Shown here: positions 9,361-18,482 of the stretch, piece after piece
Layout: every line of letters begins with the position of its first letter
How positions within the stretch are numbered: position 1 is the stretch's first letter
From: Antarctobacter sp.
GTDB lineage: Bacteria; Pseudomonadota; Alphaproteobacteria; Rhodobacterales; Rhodobacteraceae
Length of the DNA stretch: 64,000 nt
NCBI RefSeq assembly: GCF_034670325.1
Contig: NZ_JAXMNR010000012.1
Coordinates: forward strand, 16,350-80,349
Direction of reading: 5' to 3'
Translations under genes and position numbers: made by a program
Notes under the pieces: generated by a model
What the model saw: the letters and a program-made list of their open reading frames with translations, nothing else
What the model was told of the DNA's origin: nothing
The model's database searches: none

Positions 9361-10242
9361 CTATTGCAGCGTGGGCTGCGCGTTGGTGCGCGATTTGCAG
9401 TAACTGGTGATGCCGACGCCTTCGAGATTTTCAAGGGCCGGTCCTGTGACGCGCTCTGAGTGTCCGATAAACAACAGTCCGCCGGGGGTCAGCATGGCGC
9501 TCATGCGCTGCCAAAGACGCCGTTGGGTTTCAGGGGCGAAATAAATCGCTACGTTTCGGCAGAATATGGCGTCAAACGGTCCCTTGAATGGCCAGTCGTT
9601 CATCAGGTTCAACTCATTGAACGTCACCAGAGATTTCAGTGTTTCGGCCACACCATACGTTTTTTCGCCCGGGTCATTGGTTGCCATCCACTCCTTGCGC
9701 AGGGCAGAGGGGACGCCCGCGGCTTCTTCGGCGGAATAGATCCCGGCCCGCGCCTTGGCAACGATCTTGGGGTCGATGTCCGTAGCAAGGATACGAACAT
9801 CCTTGGCATGTGCCTCCGGTATTGCCGTGAGTACAGTCATGGCAATTGAAAAGGGCTCCTGACCGGACGAGCAGCCCGCAGACCAGATACGCAAGCGCCC
9901 GCCAGCGCGGACCTTGTCGCTGAGCCCATGGGCCAAACTCTTCTGCAAAATTTCGAAATGATGGTTTTCCCGAAAGAAACTGGTAACGTTTGTGGTCAGC
10001 GCCGAGATCAATTCCAGCCTTTCGTCCTCTTCCTCGGTACGTTTGAGCAACGCTAGGTAGTCTGCAAAACTCTGCACTTGCCGTGACTTGAGCCGCCGAG
10101 CCAGCCGCGAGTAAACCAATGGTTTCTTGCTTTCGGCAAGGCTGAGCCCAAAACGTTCCTGCGCAAGGTCGGCAATCGAACGAAAGTCGTCGTCGCTGAA
10201 AGGAATGTCGCGCGTGTAGGCGCTTGGCGCCGGGCTGTTCAT
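9361..10242 (-). CDS. cheR: chemotaxis protein methyltransferase CheR
   Basis: CheR N-terminal domain followed by a SAM-dependent methyltransferase fold (RIWSAGCSSGQEPFSIAM). Confidence 0.85.
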   Translation of the reverse strand: MNSPAPSAYTRDIPFSDDDFRSIADLAQERFGLSLAESKKPLVYSRLARRLKSRQVQSFADYLALLKRTEEEDERLELISALTTNVTSFFRENHHFEILQKSLAHGLSDKVRAGGRLRIWSAGCSSGQEPFSIAMTVLTAIPEAHAKDVRILATDIDPKIVAKARAGIYSAEEAAGVPSALRKEWMATNDPGEKTYGVAETLKSLVTFNELNLMNDWPFKGPFDAIFCRNVAIYFAPETQRRLWQRMSAMLTPGGLLFIGHSERVTGPALENLEGVGITSYCKSRTNAQPTLQ

Positions 10243-10706
10243 GCAGGCAGCCCTTTTTCGCTATCGACCACGGCTCCAAGATTAACGACCCGAACCATGG
10301 AGTCGTCGACCGAGATCATGCCGAGGATGCTGTTTCGGGTGGCCTCGGACTTGATGTCCGGGGTCTCTTGGATTGCACTTTTTTCGACCGACAGGATTTC
10401 GGATACCGACTCGACCAAAAGTCCGATGGTTGCACCATCGACGGCAGCCACGATCACAACGTTGCGTTCGTTTGCGGGCGTCGCGCCCAGACCAAAGCGC
10501 GCGGAAAGGTCAAAGATTGGGATCACCGCACCGCGGAGATTCATGACCCCCAGCACGTCCTGAGGCGTGTGAGGTAGGGCCGTCACCGGGGTCCATCGCC
10601 TGATCTCGCGGATTTGCGTTATCTCAAGGCAATAACTCTGGCCGCCTGCCGAGAAGGTGATGAATTCGAACTGCGTGTCCGAAAGTGCTTCTGCTGTCTC
10701 AGCCAT
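10239..10706 (-). CDS. cheW: chemotaxis coupling protein CheW
   Basis: CheW-like domain (FITFSAGGQSYCLEITQIREI ... VMNLRGAVIPIFDL). The start is chosen at MAETAE, which has an RBS. The ORF extends to 10736, which would overlap cheA. Confidence 0.75.
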   Translation of the reverse strand: MAETAEALSDTQFEFITFSAGGQSYCLEITQIREIRRWTPVTALPHTPQDVLGVMNLRGAVIPIFDLSARFGLGATPANERNVVIVAAVDGATIGLLVESVSEILSVEKSAIQETPDIKSEATRNSILGMISVDDSMVRVVNLGAVVDSEKGLPA

Positions 10707-12870
10707 GACGAAGCTCCATTCTGCTGTGCTGTGCAAAGGGATCGTGCCCCGAAGTATGGGCCAGTTTGATCAGTTCTTCGGGATCGAGGATCAGTGCGAT
10801 TTTGCCATCCCCCAGGATGGTCGCCGCAGAGACCCCGGCGATTGCTGCATAGTTGCTTTCAAGGCTCTTGATCACCACCTGCCGCTGGTCGTGGATTGCA
10901 GTAACGCGCAGTGCGGTCAGACCTTGCATCTCAGTGCTGACCAGAAGCAAAATACCGTTTCTGTTCTTGTCATCTGGTTTGCCCAGCCCAAGACTGTCGG
11001 CCACATCGATGATCGGCACGTAGGACCCGCGTACGCTGACCACTTCGCTGTCGGTGCCGACTACATGGATGTCGCGGGGGTTGGGTCGAATAGTCTCAAG
11101 GATCGAAGAAATCGGAATGACCATGGTCTGGTCGGCCACGGAAATTACAAAGCCATCCATCACGGCCAGCGTCAGTGGCAATACGATAGCAAATGTCGTG
11201 CCCTTTCCGGGGGTCGAGGTGATCGATACCCGACCGCCAAGTGCGTGCACTGCATTCTTGACCACATCCATCCCCACGCCTCGGCCAGACAAGGCCGAAA
11301 CCTGACCTGCGGTGGAAAAACCTGGCAGGAACAGTAAGTTGTCGATCTCAGGATCGGACAATTCGACATCCGGCGGAACCAGTCCCTTTTCCATCGCCTT
11401 GGCGAGGATGACTTCGCGGTTCAATCCGGCACCGTCGTCCGAAATCTCGATAAAAACGCTACCGGATCGGTGTGCCGCTGAAAGCCGGATCGTACCCGTC
11501 TGGTCTTTGCCCGCCGCGGTGCGGGCAGCGGGCAGCTCCAGCCCATGATCAACCGCGTTGCGCACCATATGGGTCAGCGGGTCGGCCAGCCGTTCGATGA
11601 CTGTCTTGTCCACCTCGGTGGAGTCGCCGACGGTAACCATCTTGGCTTTCTTACCCGTTGCGTCCGACGCCTCTCGCACAATTCGGGACATGCGCTGGAA
11701 AAGCGGTTTGACCGGCTGCGCGCGGATCGCCATGACACCTTCTTGGATGTCGCGCGCCAGGAGTTTGTAAGCCTCCAGCTCATTTGTCAGATGCGCGACG
11801 GTGGGCAGATCAAGTTCTTCGATCCGTTGGGAAATCATCGCTTGGTTGATGATCAACTCGCCGACCGTGTTGATCAGTCTGTCGACCCGGTCCAGATCGA
11901 CCCGCAGTGTGGGTTTGGGTCCGCGAGATTCCTTACTTGCCGCCGCAGGAGCAGCTTTTTCCGGACCGGCTTCCGCTTTTTTGTTGGGCTCTTTTGTAAC
12001 CTGTTCCGTGCTGGCGGGTTCGTTGATTGGATCCTGAGGAAGCGCCGTCTCTTCGAGTGTCGACAAGGTTGCCTCGTCCGGACGTTCGAGCGGCTCTGGA
12101 ATGTCGATTGCCGGGGGAACCGCCGCCTGATCTACCGTGATCTCCAGCGTACATAGCCCTTCTACGAATTCGAAAACTTCGTGCAGAGTGGTTTCGGGTT
12201 CGCTGGTCGACAGCGACAGCTGCCAGGACAGGATTGCATCCGCCGGATCGAAGGCGTCGAATTCCGGCAACCGGCTGAGATCCGCTTCGACCGAAAGGTC
12301 CCCCAACTCGGCCAGCGCGTCGAAGATCAGCAGCGGTTCATGCCCGTTTTCGTAAAGCGCCCGCGACGGGGCAAAGCGGATGTCGAAAACGCGGATACTG
12401 TCTGCGCTATCCTCGATGGAAAGGTCGATTTGGGGTCCATCGAAGTCCAATGTCACCGCATCAAAACTGAAATCCTCAGCCGCGGTGTCGCCGTCCAGAT
12501 AGCTTTCAAGTTCATTGACAAGACCGGCCTCAATCTCATCGTCAAGCTCCGTGTCGTCACGCGCCGCGGCGACAAGGTCGGACAGGTGGTCCCCAGAGCG
12601 ATGGAACAGACCCATCAGTTTTTCGTCGACGGCCAGCGCGCGGTCACGCACCTTGTCCATCACGGTTTCAAAGCTGTGAGCAAAAGCCACCAGCCGGTCG
12701 AGGGCGAACGCACCAGCACCGCCCTTGATGGAATGCACGGAGCGGAAGACCGCGTTCACGACCTCCATGTCGTCGGCGGCGTCCTCCATCTGGGACAGCC
12801 CCTCAACGAGCGCTTCGAGGAGCTCTTCACATTCCTCGAAGAAGGTATCTCTGATCGAATTTCCCGACAT
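10699..12870 (-). CDS. cheA: chemotaxis histidine kinase CheA
   Basis: Histidine phosphotransfer (HPt) domain (HSIKGGAGAF), an acidic linker, an HATPase domain (GVGMDVV ... GKGTTF) and a C-terminal CheW-like domain. 723 aa. Confidence 0.9.
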   Translation of the reverse strand: MSGNSIRDTFFEECEELLEALVEGLSQMEDAADDMEVVNAVFRSVHSIKGGAGAFALDRLVAFAHSFETVMDKVRDRALAVDEKLMGLFHRSGDHLSDLVAAARDDTELDDEIEAGLVNELESYLDGDTAAEDFSFDAVTLDFDGPQIDLSIEDSADSIRVFDIRFAPSRALYENGHEPLLIFDALAELGDLSVEADLSRLPEFDAFDPADAILSWQLSLSTSEPETTLHEVFEFVEGLCTLEITVDQAAVPPAIDIPEPLERPDEATLSTLEETALPQDPINEPASTEQVTKEPNKKAEAGPEKAAPAAASKESRGPKPTLRVDLDRVDRLINTVGELIINQAMISQRIEELDLPTVAHLTNELEAYKLLARDIQEGVMAIRAQPVKPLFQRMSRIVREASDATGKKAKMVTVGDSTEVDKTVIERLADPLTHMVRNAVDHGLELPAARTAAGKDQTGTIRLSAAHRSGSVFIEISDDGAGLNREVILAKAMEKGLVPPDVELSDPEIDNLLFLPGFSTAGQVSALSGRGVGMDVVKNAVHALGGRVSITSTPGKGTTFAIVLPLTLAVMDGFVISVADQTMVIPISSILETIRPNPRDIHVVGTDSEVVSVRGSYVPIIDVADSLGLGKPDDKNRNGILLLVSTEMQGLTALRVTAIHDQRQVVIKSLESNYAAIAGVSAATILGDGKIALILDPEELIKLAHTSGHDPFAQHSRMELRHG

Positions 12871-12871
12871 C

Positions 12872-13246
12872 TCAGCTCACATGCCCCGTCAGACGCCTCA
12901 GGACGGACACCAACGAGGCGTCGTCGAAGGGTTTTACAATCCAACCCGTGGCGCCTGCGGTGCGCGCCCGCGACTTCAGGTCATCGGAACTTTCAGTGGT
13001 CAGAACGAGGATCGGCACATTGGTGCGGTTGGGACCACTGCGCAGCGTATCGATCACGCCAAACCCGTCCATCTTGGGCATGTTGATGTCGGTGATCACC
13101 ACGTCTGGGTCGACATCTGGAAAGATGTCCACGCCCTCTTGGCCGTCGCAGGCAGAGTGAAATTCGAACCCCGCACCTTCGAGGGAGACCCGCAACAGGT
13201 TGCGGATCGTTCGCGAGTCGTCAATTGCCAGGACTTTTGTCGTCAT
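12872..13246 (-). CDS. cheY: chemotaxis response regulator CheY
   Basis: Receiver domain (LAIDDSRTIR ... ITDINMPKMDG ... VKPF). Its stop codon abuts the cheA start codon. Confidence 0.85.
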   Translation of the reverse strand: MTTKVLAIDDSRTIRNLLRVSLEGAGFEFHSACDGQEGVDIFPDVDPDVVITDINMPKMDGFGVIDTLRSGPNRTNVPILVLTTESSDDLKSRARTAGATGWIVKPFDDASLVSVLRRLTGHVS

Positions 13247-13527
13247 TGCAGCGGTTCCTTGTCGAAATGATCGGAAGAGAGACCAAGCCTTTTCAGTCCC
13301 TCACGAAATCCGGGCGCCATATCGGCAACGTCGAAATCAACGCCGTCCTCGGCCCATTGCCTCTGCGCCACGAGCAACAATTGCAGCCTGTGCGAATCCA
13401 GACGCGCAACATCGCGCGCCGAGACCGTGACCGGCATTCGTCGGGCATTCAAAAGAAAGGCGACCAGCGGATCTTCACCGGATCGGGCCCGCGCGGGTCC
13501 GAGAGCGTGGAAACTGATGTCTGACAT
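13243..13527 (-). CDS. STAS-domain small protein at the head of the che operon
   Basis: 94-aa product starting at MSDISFHAL. The pattern resembles an anti-sigma-factor-antagonist/STAS fold and sits in the cheX/cheS-like position of alphaproteobacterial che operons. The ORF extends to 13656. Confidence 0.5.
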   Translation of the reverse strand: MSDISFHALGPARARSGEDPLVAFLLNARRMPVTVSARDVARLDSHRLQLLLVAQRQWAEDGVDFDVADMAPGFREGLKRLGLSSDHFDKEPLQ

Positions 13528-13924
13528 CGCGGTACTGCATCCTTCGTGGCACTGTGCGCGTCTTGGCATGACACATCTGACGACCCGAAGAGATAGGGAT
13601 GCGACCTTAACAAAGGGTTCCGATGTCTTCGTCGGGCGGTCGCTGACACGTGGCATTGCAGACGAGCTGATCCCGAATTCGGCGCAGCGTCTCGAAACTA
13701 TCTGAATCCAATAGGGAAAATCACGCCATCATAGTGCGCGGCCAAGTTTTAGCTGCATCGTTCGAAAAGTGAAAATTCGAGGCATCGGCATCCAGCGTGG
13801 GGTCGGCCGCTGCTTCTGTCAGGCCAGCGGCCCTGCACATGGATCGACACAAGAGGCACCTGGCGCATCGAACAGGTCACTCCTCCAAGGCCGTGTCCTC
13901 CTGACACTCTCTATGAGCCCAATG

Positions 13925-13952
13925 CAAAGCGGGGCCAGTCTGTCCAGACCAG
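13925..13952 (-). terminator. hairpin downstream of fadB (weak T-tract)
   Basis: Imperfect inverted repeat GGGGCCAGTCTG..CAGACCAGCCCC lies immediately 3' of the fadB stop. The T-run is poor. Confidence 0.3.
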
Positions 13953-14002
13953 CCCCGCCGACTGACACCGCGCAGTGCGCGACGCCTCAATTCCAATGCA
14001 GA

Positions 14003-16204
14003 TCAGGCTGCCTTTGCGCTGTCCGGCCCGAACCGACCGTAAAAGCTTTGGGTTTTGTCGGCCATCTCACGCAGCAGGGGCGGGCAGCTAAAGCGCGGAC
14101 CATAGGCTTCGGTCAGCTGATCACAGCGTTCCGCCGCATAGGGCGCGCCGATCATGTCCAGCCAGCTGAGCGGTCCACCGGACCACGGCGCAAAGCCCCA
14201 GCCAAGGATCGCGCCGACGTCGCCTTCGCGGATGTCCATCAACACGCCTTCCTCCAGCGCGCGGACCGCCTCGAGCGATTGCACGAACAGCAGGCGATGC
14301 TGGACCTCGGTCACAGTGGGCTGGTCCTCGGCCTGCGGGTACTTGTCCTGCACCAACTGGCTCAGGCCCTGACGCTTGCCCTTTTCGTCGTAGTCGTAAA
14401 AGCCCGCCTTGGTCTTGCGACCCAACCGGCCCTCACCTTCCATCCAGAAGATGACCTCGTCGACCTCGCCGTCGGGATAGGCATCGCCCATCGCCGCGCG
14501 GGTCGCAAGGGCGATCTTGGCTCCCAGATCAATCGAGGTTTCATCGACCAGTTGCAGCGGCCCCAGCGGCATCCCTGCCATTTTGGCAGCGTTTTCGATC
14601 AGGGCGGGCGCTACGCCTTCCTTCACCATGCGGATGCCTTCGTTGATGTAGGGTATGATGCAACGGTTGGCGTAAAAGAACCGTGCGTCATTGACCACGA
14701 TGGGCGTCTTGCGGATCTGGCGCACGAAATCCAGCGCCTTGGCCACGGCGCGGTCGCCGGTCTCCTTGCCCTTGATGATCTCGACCAACATCATCTTCTC
14801 GACGGGCGAGAAGAAGTGGATGCCGATATACTGCTCAGCATTTTTGGACGCCTTCGCCAGTTCCGAAATCGGCAGGGTCGAGGTATTGGTGGCAAAGATA
14901 CAGTCGTCGCCGGTCACGGCGTCCACGGCTTTGGTCACTTCAGCCTTGATCTTGGGGTCCTCAAACACCGCCTCGACGATCAGGTCACAGCCTTTCAGAT
15001 CGTCGTAGGACGTGGTCGCCGTGATCCGCGCCAGCATCGCGTCGGCCTTGTCCTGCGTGATCTTTTTCCGACTCACGCCTTTGGCGGCGTAATCCGCGCT
15101 ATAGGCCTTGCCCTTGTCAGCGGCGGCCTGATCGCGGTCCAGCAGCACCACCTCGATGCCCGCCTGCGCCGATACCAGCGCGATGCCCGCGCCCATCATG
15201 CCCGCACCCAGTACGCCAACCTTGGTGACCTTCTGGTCAGCCACATCTGCCGGACGCACAGCACCCTTTTCCAGCGCTTCCTTGTTGATGAACAGCGACC
15301 GGATCATGTTCGCCGATGAGGGGTTCATCAACACGTTGGTGAACCAGCGCGCCTCGATCTTCAGCGCGGTGTCAAAGGGCACCAGTGCCCCCTCATAGAC
15401 CGCCGACAGCAGCGCCTTGGCGGCGGGGTAGACGCCCTTGGTCTTGCCGTTGACCATCGCGCTCGCCCCGACAAAGGTCATGAAGCCGGCGGGGTGATAG
15501 GGCGCACCGCCGGGCATCTTATAGCCTTTGGCATCCCACGGCTTTAGAATATCGGCATCCTTGGCGTTCAAAACCCACTCTTTCGCGGCGGCCAGCGGGT
15601 CCTCGACCACCTCGTCGATCACCCCGGCGGCCTTGGCCTTTTTCGGATCGTTCAGCTTTCCCTCCAGCAGCAGCGGAGAAGCGGCCATCGCGCCCATCTT
15701 GCGCACAAGGCGCGTGGTGCCACCTGCGCCCGGAAAGATGCCGACCATGATCTCGGGCAGGCCGATCTTGGCCTTGGGGTTGTCGGCGGCAAAGATCCGG
15801 TGCGTCGACAACGGGATCTCCAGACCGATGCCAAGTGCTGTGCCGGGCAGGGCGGTGGCGATCGGCTTGCCACCCTTGTTGGTCTTGGGGTCCATGCCCG
15901 CGCGCTCGATCTTGCGCATGATGCGGTGGGCGTTCATGATCCCGTCAAACAGACCCTTGGCCGGGTCGTCTCCGGCCATTTCTTTCATCTTGGCGATGAC
16001 CTTCAGGTCCATGCCGCCGGCAAAGCTGTCCTTGCCAGAGGTGATCACGATCCCCTTGACCGCATCATCTGCCAAGGCGTCGTCGATCAACCCGTCCAGT
16101 TCGTCCCAGGCCTCCAGCGTCATCACGTTCATGGACTTGCCGGGCACATCCCAGGTGATTACCGCGACGCCGTCTGCGTCCGTTTTCATCGTGAAATCAG
16201 TCAT
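14003..16204 (-). CDS. fadB: fatty acid oxidation complex alpha subunit (enoyl-CoA hydratase / 3-hydroxyacyl-CoA dehydrogenase)
   Basis: N-terminal crotonase fold and a C-terminal NAD-binding 3-hydroxyacyl-CoA dehydrogenase domain (VGVLGAGMMGAGIA). The start is set at MTDFTMKTD with a GGAGAG Shine-Dalgarno; the ORF extends to 16285. Confidence 0.9.
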   Translation of the reverse strand: MTDFTMKTDADGVAVITWDVPGKSMNVMTLEAWDELDGLIDDALADDAVKGIVITSGKDSFAGGMDLKVIAKMKEMAGDDPAKGLFDGIMNAHRIMRKIERAGMDPKTNKGGKPIATALPGTALGIGLEIPLSTHRIFAADNPKAKIGLPEIMVGIFPGAGGTTRLVRKMGAMAASPLLLEGKLNDPKKAKAAGVIDEVVEDPLAAAKEWVLNAKDADILKPWDAKGYKMPGGAPYHPAGFMTFVGASAMVNGKTKGVYPAAKALLSAVYEGALVPFDTALKIEARWFTNVLMNPSSANMIRSLFINKEALEKGAVRPADVADQKVTKVGVLGAGMMGAGIALVSAQAGIEVVLLDRDQAAADKGKAYSADYAAKGVSRKKITQDKADAMLARITATTSYDDLKGCDLIVEAVFEDPKIKAEVTKAVDAVTGDDCIFATNTSTLPISELAKASKNAEQYIGIHFFSPVEKMMLVEIIKGKETGDRAVAKALDFVRQIRKTPIVVNDARFFYANRCIIPYINEGIRMVKEGVAPALIENAAKMAGMPLGPLQLVDETSIDLGAKIALATRAAMGDAYPDGEVDEVIFWMEGEGRLGRKTKAGFYDYDEKGKRQGLSQLVQDKYPQAEDQPTVTEVQHRLLFVQSLEAVRALEEGVLMDIREGDVGAILGWGFAPWSGGPLSWLDMIGAPYAAERCDQLTEAYGPRFSCPPLLREMADKTQSFYGRFGPDSAKAA

Positions 16205-16206
16205 GC

Positions 16207-16641
16207 TCACTCTCCAGTATTTTTCGGGTGGCGCCCTGTCCACGCATGGTGGCCGCGGGCGTTGAGGATTGCCGACATCTTCCATCCGTCGTCAGTGGGA
16301 TGCAGAAGTGCCGTTGATGTATAGGGATCGGCGATCCGTTTGCCCTGCCGCATCAGGTTGGTGCGGTAAGAGGCCAGAACGGTCCCGTCTTCGCAGTGTT
16401 CGACGCCCATCCGTTCCCGGTGGACAATATCCAGAGCCATGGCATCGCAGGCTTCAAGGTACAGTTCAAAATTCTTCCGCACGTCGTCATCGGTGGACAG
16501 GGTGACAGGCCCGGAACCCGTAACCATGCTGAAAGGCAGCTGCATCCGTGCGCGCCATTTGGTGATGTCGCGCGTCAAGAAAGGCTCGGAGATATCTTTT
16601 AGAAACTCTTCGAATGCGGCATGTGTGAAAGCAGATGTCAT
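16207..16641 (-). CDS. hypothetical NTF2-like/SnoaL-like protein
   Basis: 144 aa. Its stop lies 2 nt from the fadB start. The composition is that of an NTF2-like (ketosteroid-isomerase-like) protein (DGWKMSAIL). No database confirmation. Confidence 0.55.
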   Translation of the reverse strand: MTSAFTHAAFEEFLKDISEPFLTRDITKWRARMQLPFSMVTGSGPVTLSTDDDVRKNFELYLEACDAMALDIVHRERMGVEHCEDGTVLASYRTNLMRQGKRIADPYTSTALLHPTDDGWKMSAILNARGHHAWTGRHPKNTGE

Positions 16642-17105
16642 GGCCTTTCCAACTCCCCACCATCGCGGCGCACAAAGCGCATCTTGCCGTCTTCAACCTC
16701 GACCTTCAGATCCAGGTCCGAATACCAGCCGGTCTCTCGGTCCGTCCGTGTGCCAACCACAACAAAAGCAGCCTCCGTATCCGACCTGTTCAGGATATGA
16801 TGACCGTTCGGGTCGCCCGCCGGAAACGCGCAGCAATCACCGGGGGCAAGCGGCGTCTCGCCGGTGTCGTCGACCAGTGTAAGCGCCCCTTCGGTCACCA
16901 CCAGAAATTCATCCTGACGTTCATGCCAGTGCCGAAGTGAGGACATCGCGCCGGGGGCCAACCTCACGAGGTTTGCACCGAATTGGGTCAGCCCGGCGGC
17001 GTCGCCCAGGCGCTGCTGACGACGCCCGATCATGGCCTCATCATGCGGGGCAGGGTAGGAGGACCCGGTGCGCAGGGGTATCTTGTCCAGATCAATCTTC
17101 GGCAT
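16638..17105 (-). CDS. cupin domain protein
   Basis: 155 aa with the two-motif cupin pattern (G...H.H at PNGHHILNR). Start and stop overlap its neighbours. Confidence 0.6.
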   Translation of the reverse strand: MPKIDLDKIPLRTGSSYPAPHDEAMIGRRQQRLGDAAGLTQFGANLVRLAPGAMSSLRHWHERQDEFLVVTEGALTLVDDTGETPLAPGDCCAFPAGDPNGHHILNRSDTEAAFVVVGTRTDRETGWYSDLDLKVEVEDGKMRFVRRDGGELERP

Positions 17106-17566
17106 CAGGTCGCCTGCCTTTCCAGAAGATGTTCGAACGCTCTTGGCGCGATTGTCGTGGATTCACGGGCCTTCATGCCGCAACGAATGTGGCTTGCCCG
17201 CCAGTGTGGCCCTTCTTTCACCAGAGCGTGTTCACAGAAATATGGATCGACAAGATAGGTTCCGCCGCGCATGACACGTGTCTTGTGACGGCCACTGATC
17301 TGCGTTCCCACCGGATTGATGAATTTCGCATCGATGCAGATGCGGCGATATTCGGTTGTGCCAAGGTCCAAAGGGGTGCTGCGCTGTTCCTCCAGCATGA
17401 CCTCAAGAGCCTCGAGCCGTTCGACCCGAAGTGCGGTTCCCATCGTCCGGACCTTTGACGGAATCGCAAGCGCGTTGTCGATCCGCGACAGGTCACCGTC
17501 GATGAACTGCCGCGTCACCGTGTCCAGATTGGTCTGACAATACTCTTTCGCCATGTCTTCGGTCAT
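17105..17566 (-). CDS. hypothetical NTF2-like protein
   Basis: 153 aa, overlapping the adjacent genes by 1-4 nt. The N-terminus (AKEYCQTNLDTVTRQFIDGDLSRI) looks like a SnoaL/KSI fold. Confidence 0.5.
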   Translation of the reverse strand: MTEDMAKEYCQTNLDTVTRQFIDGDLSRIDNALAIPSKVRTMGTALRVERLEALEVMLEEQRSTPLDLGTTEYRRICIDAKFINPVGTQISGRHKTRVMRGGTYLVDPYFCEHALVKEGPHWRASHIRCGMKARESTTIAPRAFEHLLERQAT

Positions 17567-18477
17567 GTGAGGCCGCCATGTCCGGGGGCGGCCTGCGCGT
17601 CAATTTGCGCCTGCATTGTCAAATGGCCCATTGGGTGAATGACAGAGGTCATGCGCCAGTTCAGGTCCGCGCCTTGTTCGATGGTCATAGCGCTCTTGTA
17701 GGCCGGGATAACCAAACGAGCGCCGCTCAGAATATGGGTGCGATACGCTCCGTGGATTCTGCGGTCGCCAACCATCTCGGCGATATGGACGCGCCGGACG
17801 ATGTCGCTCACGCCATGAACGCGCAATTGCGTGACGGTCCGGTTAAAGTCTTCCTCAAGGCCGTCTGTTCTCATCACGACCATCGTTCCCTTGCTCGTCT
17901 GAACAAAAAGCGGCAGTTGAACAGCTTCGCTCAAGGTGGCGAAATGGCCATCCAGATAGGCACGAGTAACACGGTCCAGATAGCTCTGGAAAACGGCTTC
18001 GGCGGCATATTTTTGCACCTGATCGGTTTTTGGCGGCGTCCCGCCGCTCAGCAGTGCCTGACCATGGTCGCTGTCCGACGGCACGGAATACAGCATTCCG
18101 GAAATCAGCCACTGATCGTTCTCGCACACCAGTTGTGACAGCGTCACCACGGGGTCTTTCAGAAGCGTGCCATCCTCCGACCGAACATGCGTCATATGGC
18201 AGGATCGTATCACATCCGGCCCGTCAAAGAGCGCCAACTCGATCCATCGGTCCAGTTTCGCCAGACCAATGTCCGCGTAATGCGCGCGCACCCGGACAAA
18301 TGCGCGTTCCAGATCCGCCTTATTGTTTAGAAGGCGGACACCGTCGATCGTCACGATGGACTGTGGCAGTTTGAAACAGTTTGCGAAGGCATCGAAATCG
18401 CCAGCCATAAGCGCGCGTCCAGTGGCATCCAGAAGGCTGGATGCCACTTTTTTCGCGGTTTCTGGCGACATCGGCAC
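17563..18477 (-). CDS. hypothetical protein with two tandem NTF2-like repeats
   Basis: 304 aa whose two halves share the pattern (G)DFDAF..CF / LDGHF. It lies 5 nt downstream of fadA. Confidence 0.5.
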   Translation of the reverse strand: MPMSPETAKKVASSLLDATGRALMAGDFDAFANCFKLPQSIVTIDGVRLLNNKADLERAFVRVRAHYADIGLAKLDRWIELALFDGPDVIRSCHMTHVRSEDGTLLKDPVVTLSQLVCENDQWLISGMLYSVPSDSDHGQALLSGGTPPKTDQVQKYAAEAVFQSYLDRVTRAYLDGHFATLSEAVQLPLFVQTSKGTMVVMRTDGLEEDFNRTVTQLRVHGVSDIVRRVHIAEMVGDRRIHGAYRTHILSGARLVIPAYKSAMTIEQGADLNWRMTSVIHPMGHLTMQAQIDAQAAPGHGGLT

Positions 18478-18482
18478 CGGAG

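Noticed and set aside
13769-15319. 516-aa ORF on the plus strand
   Set aside because: Entirely antisense to the well-supported fadB gene. It is Arg/Gly/Ala/His-rich, as expected for the reverse frame of a high-GC gene, and has no motif.
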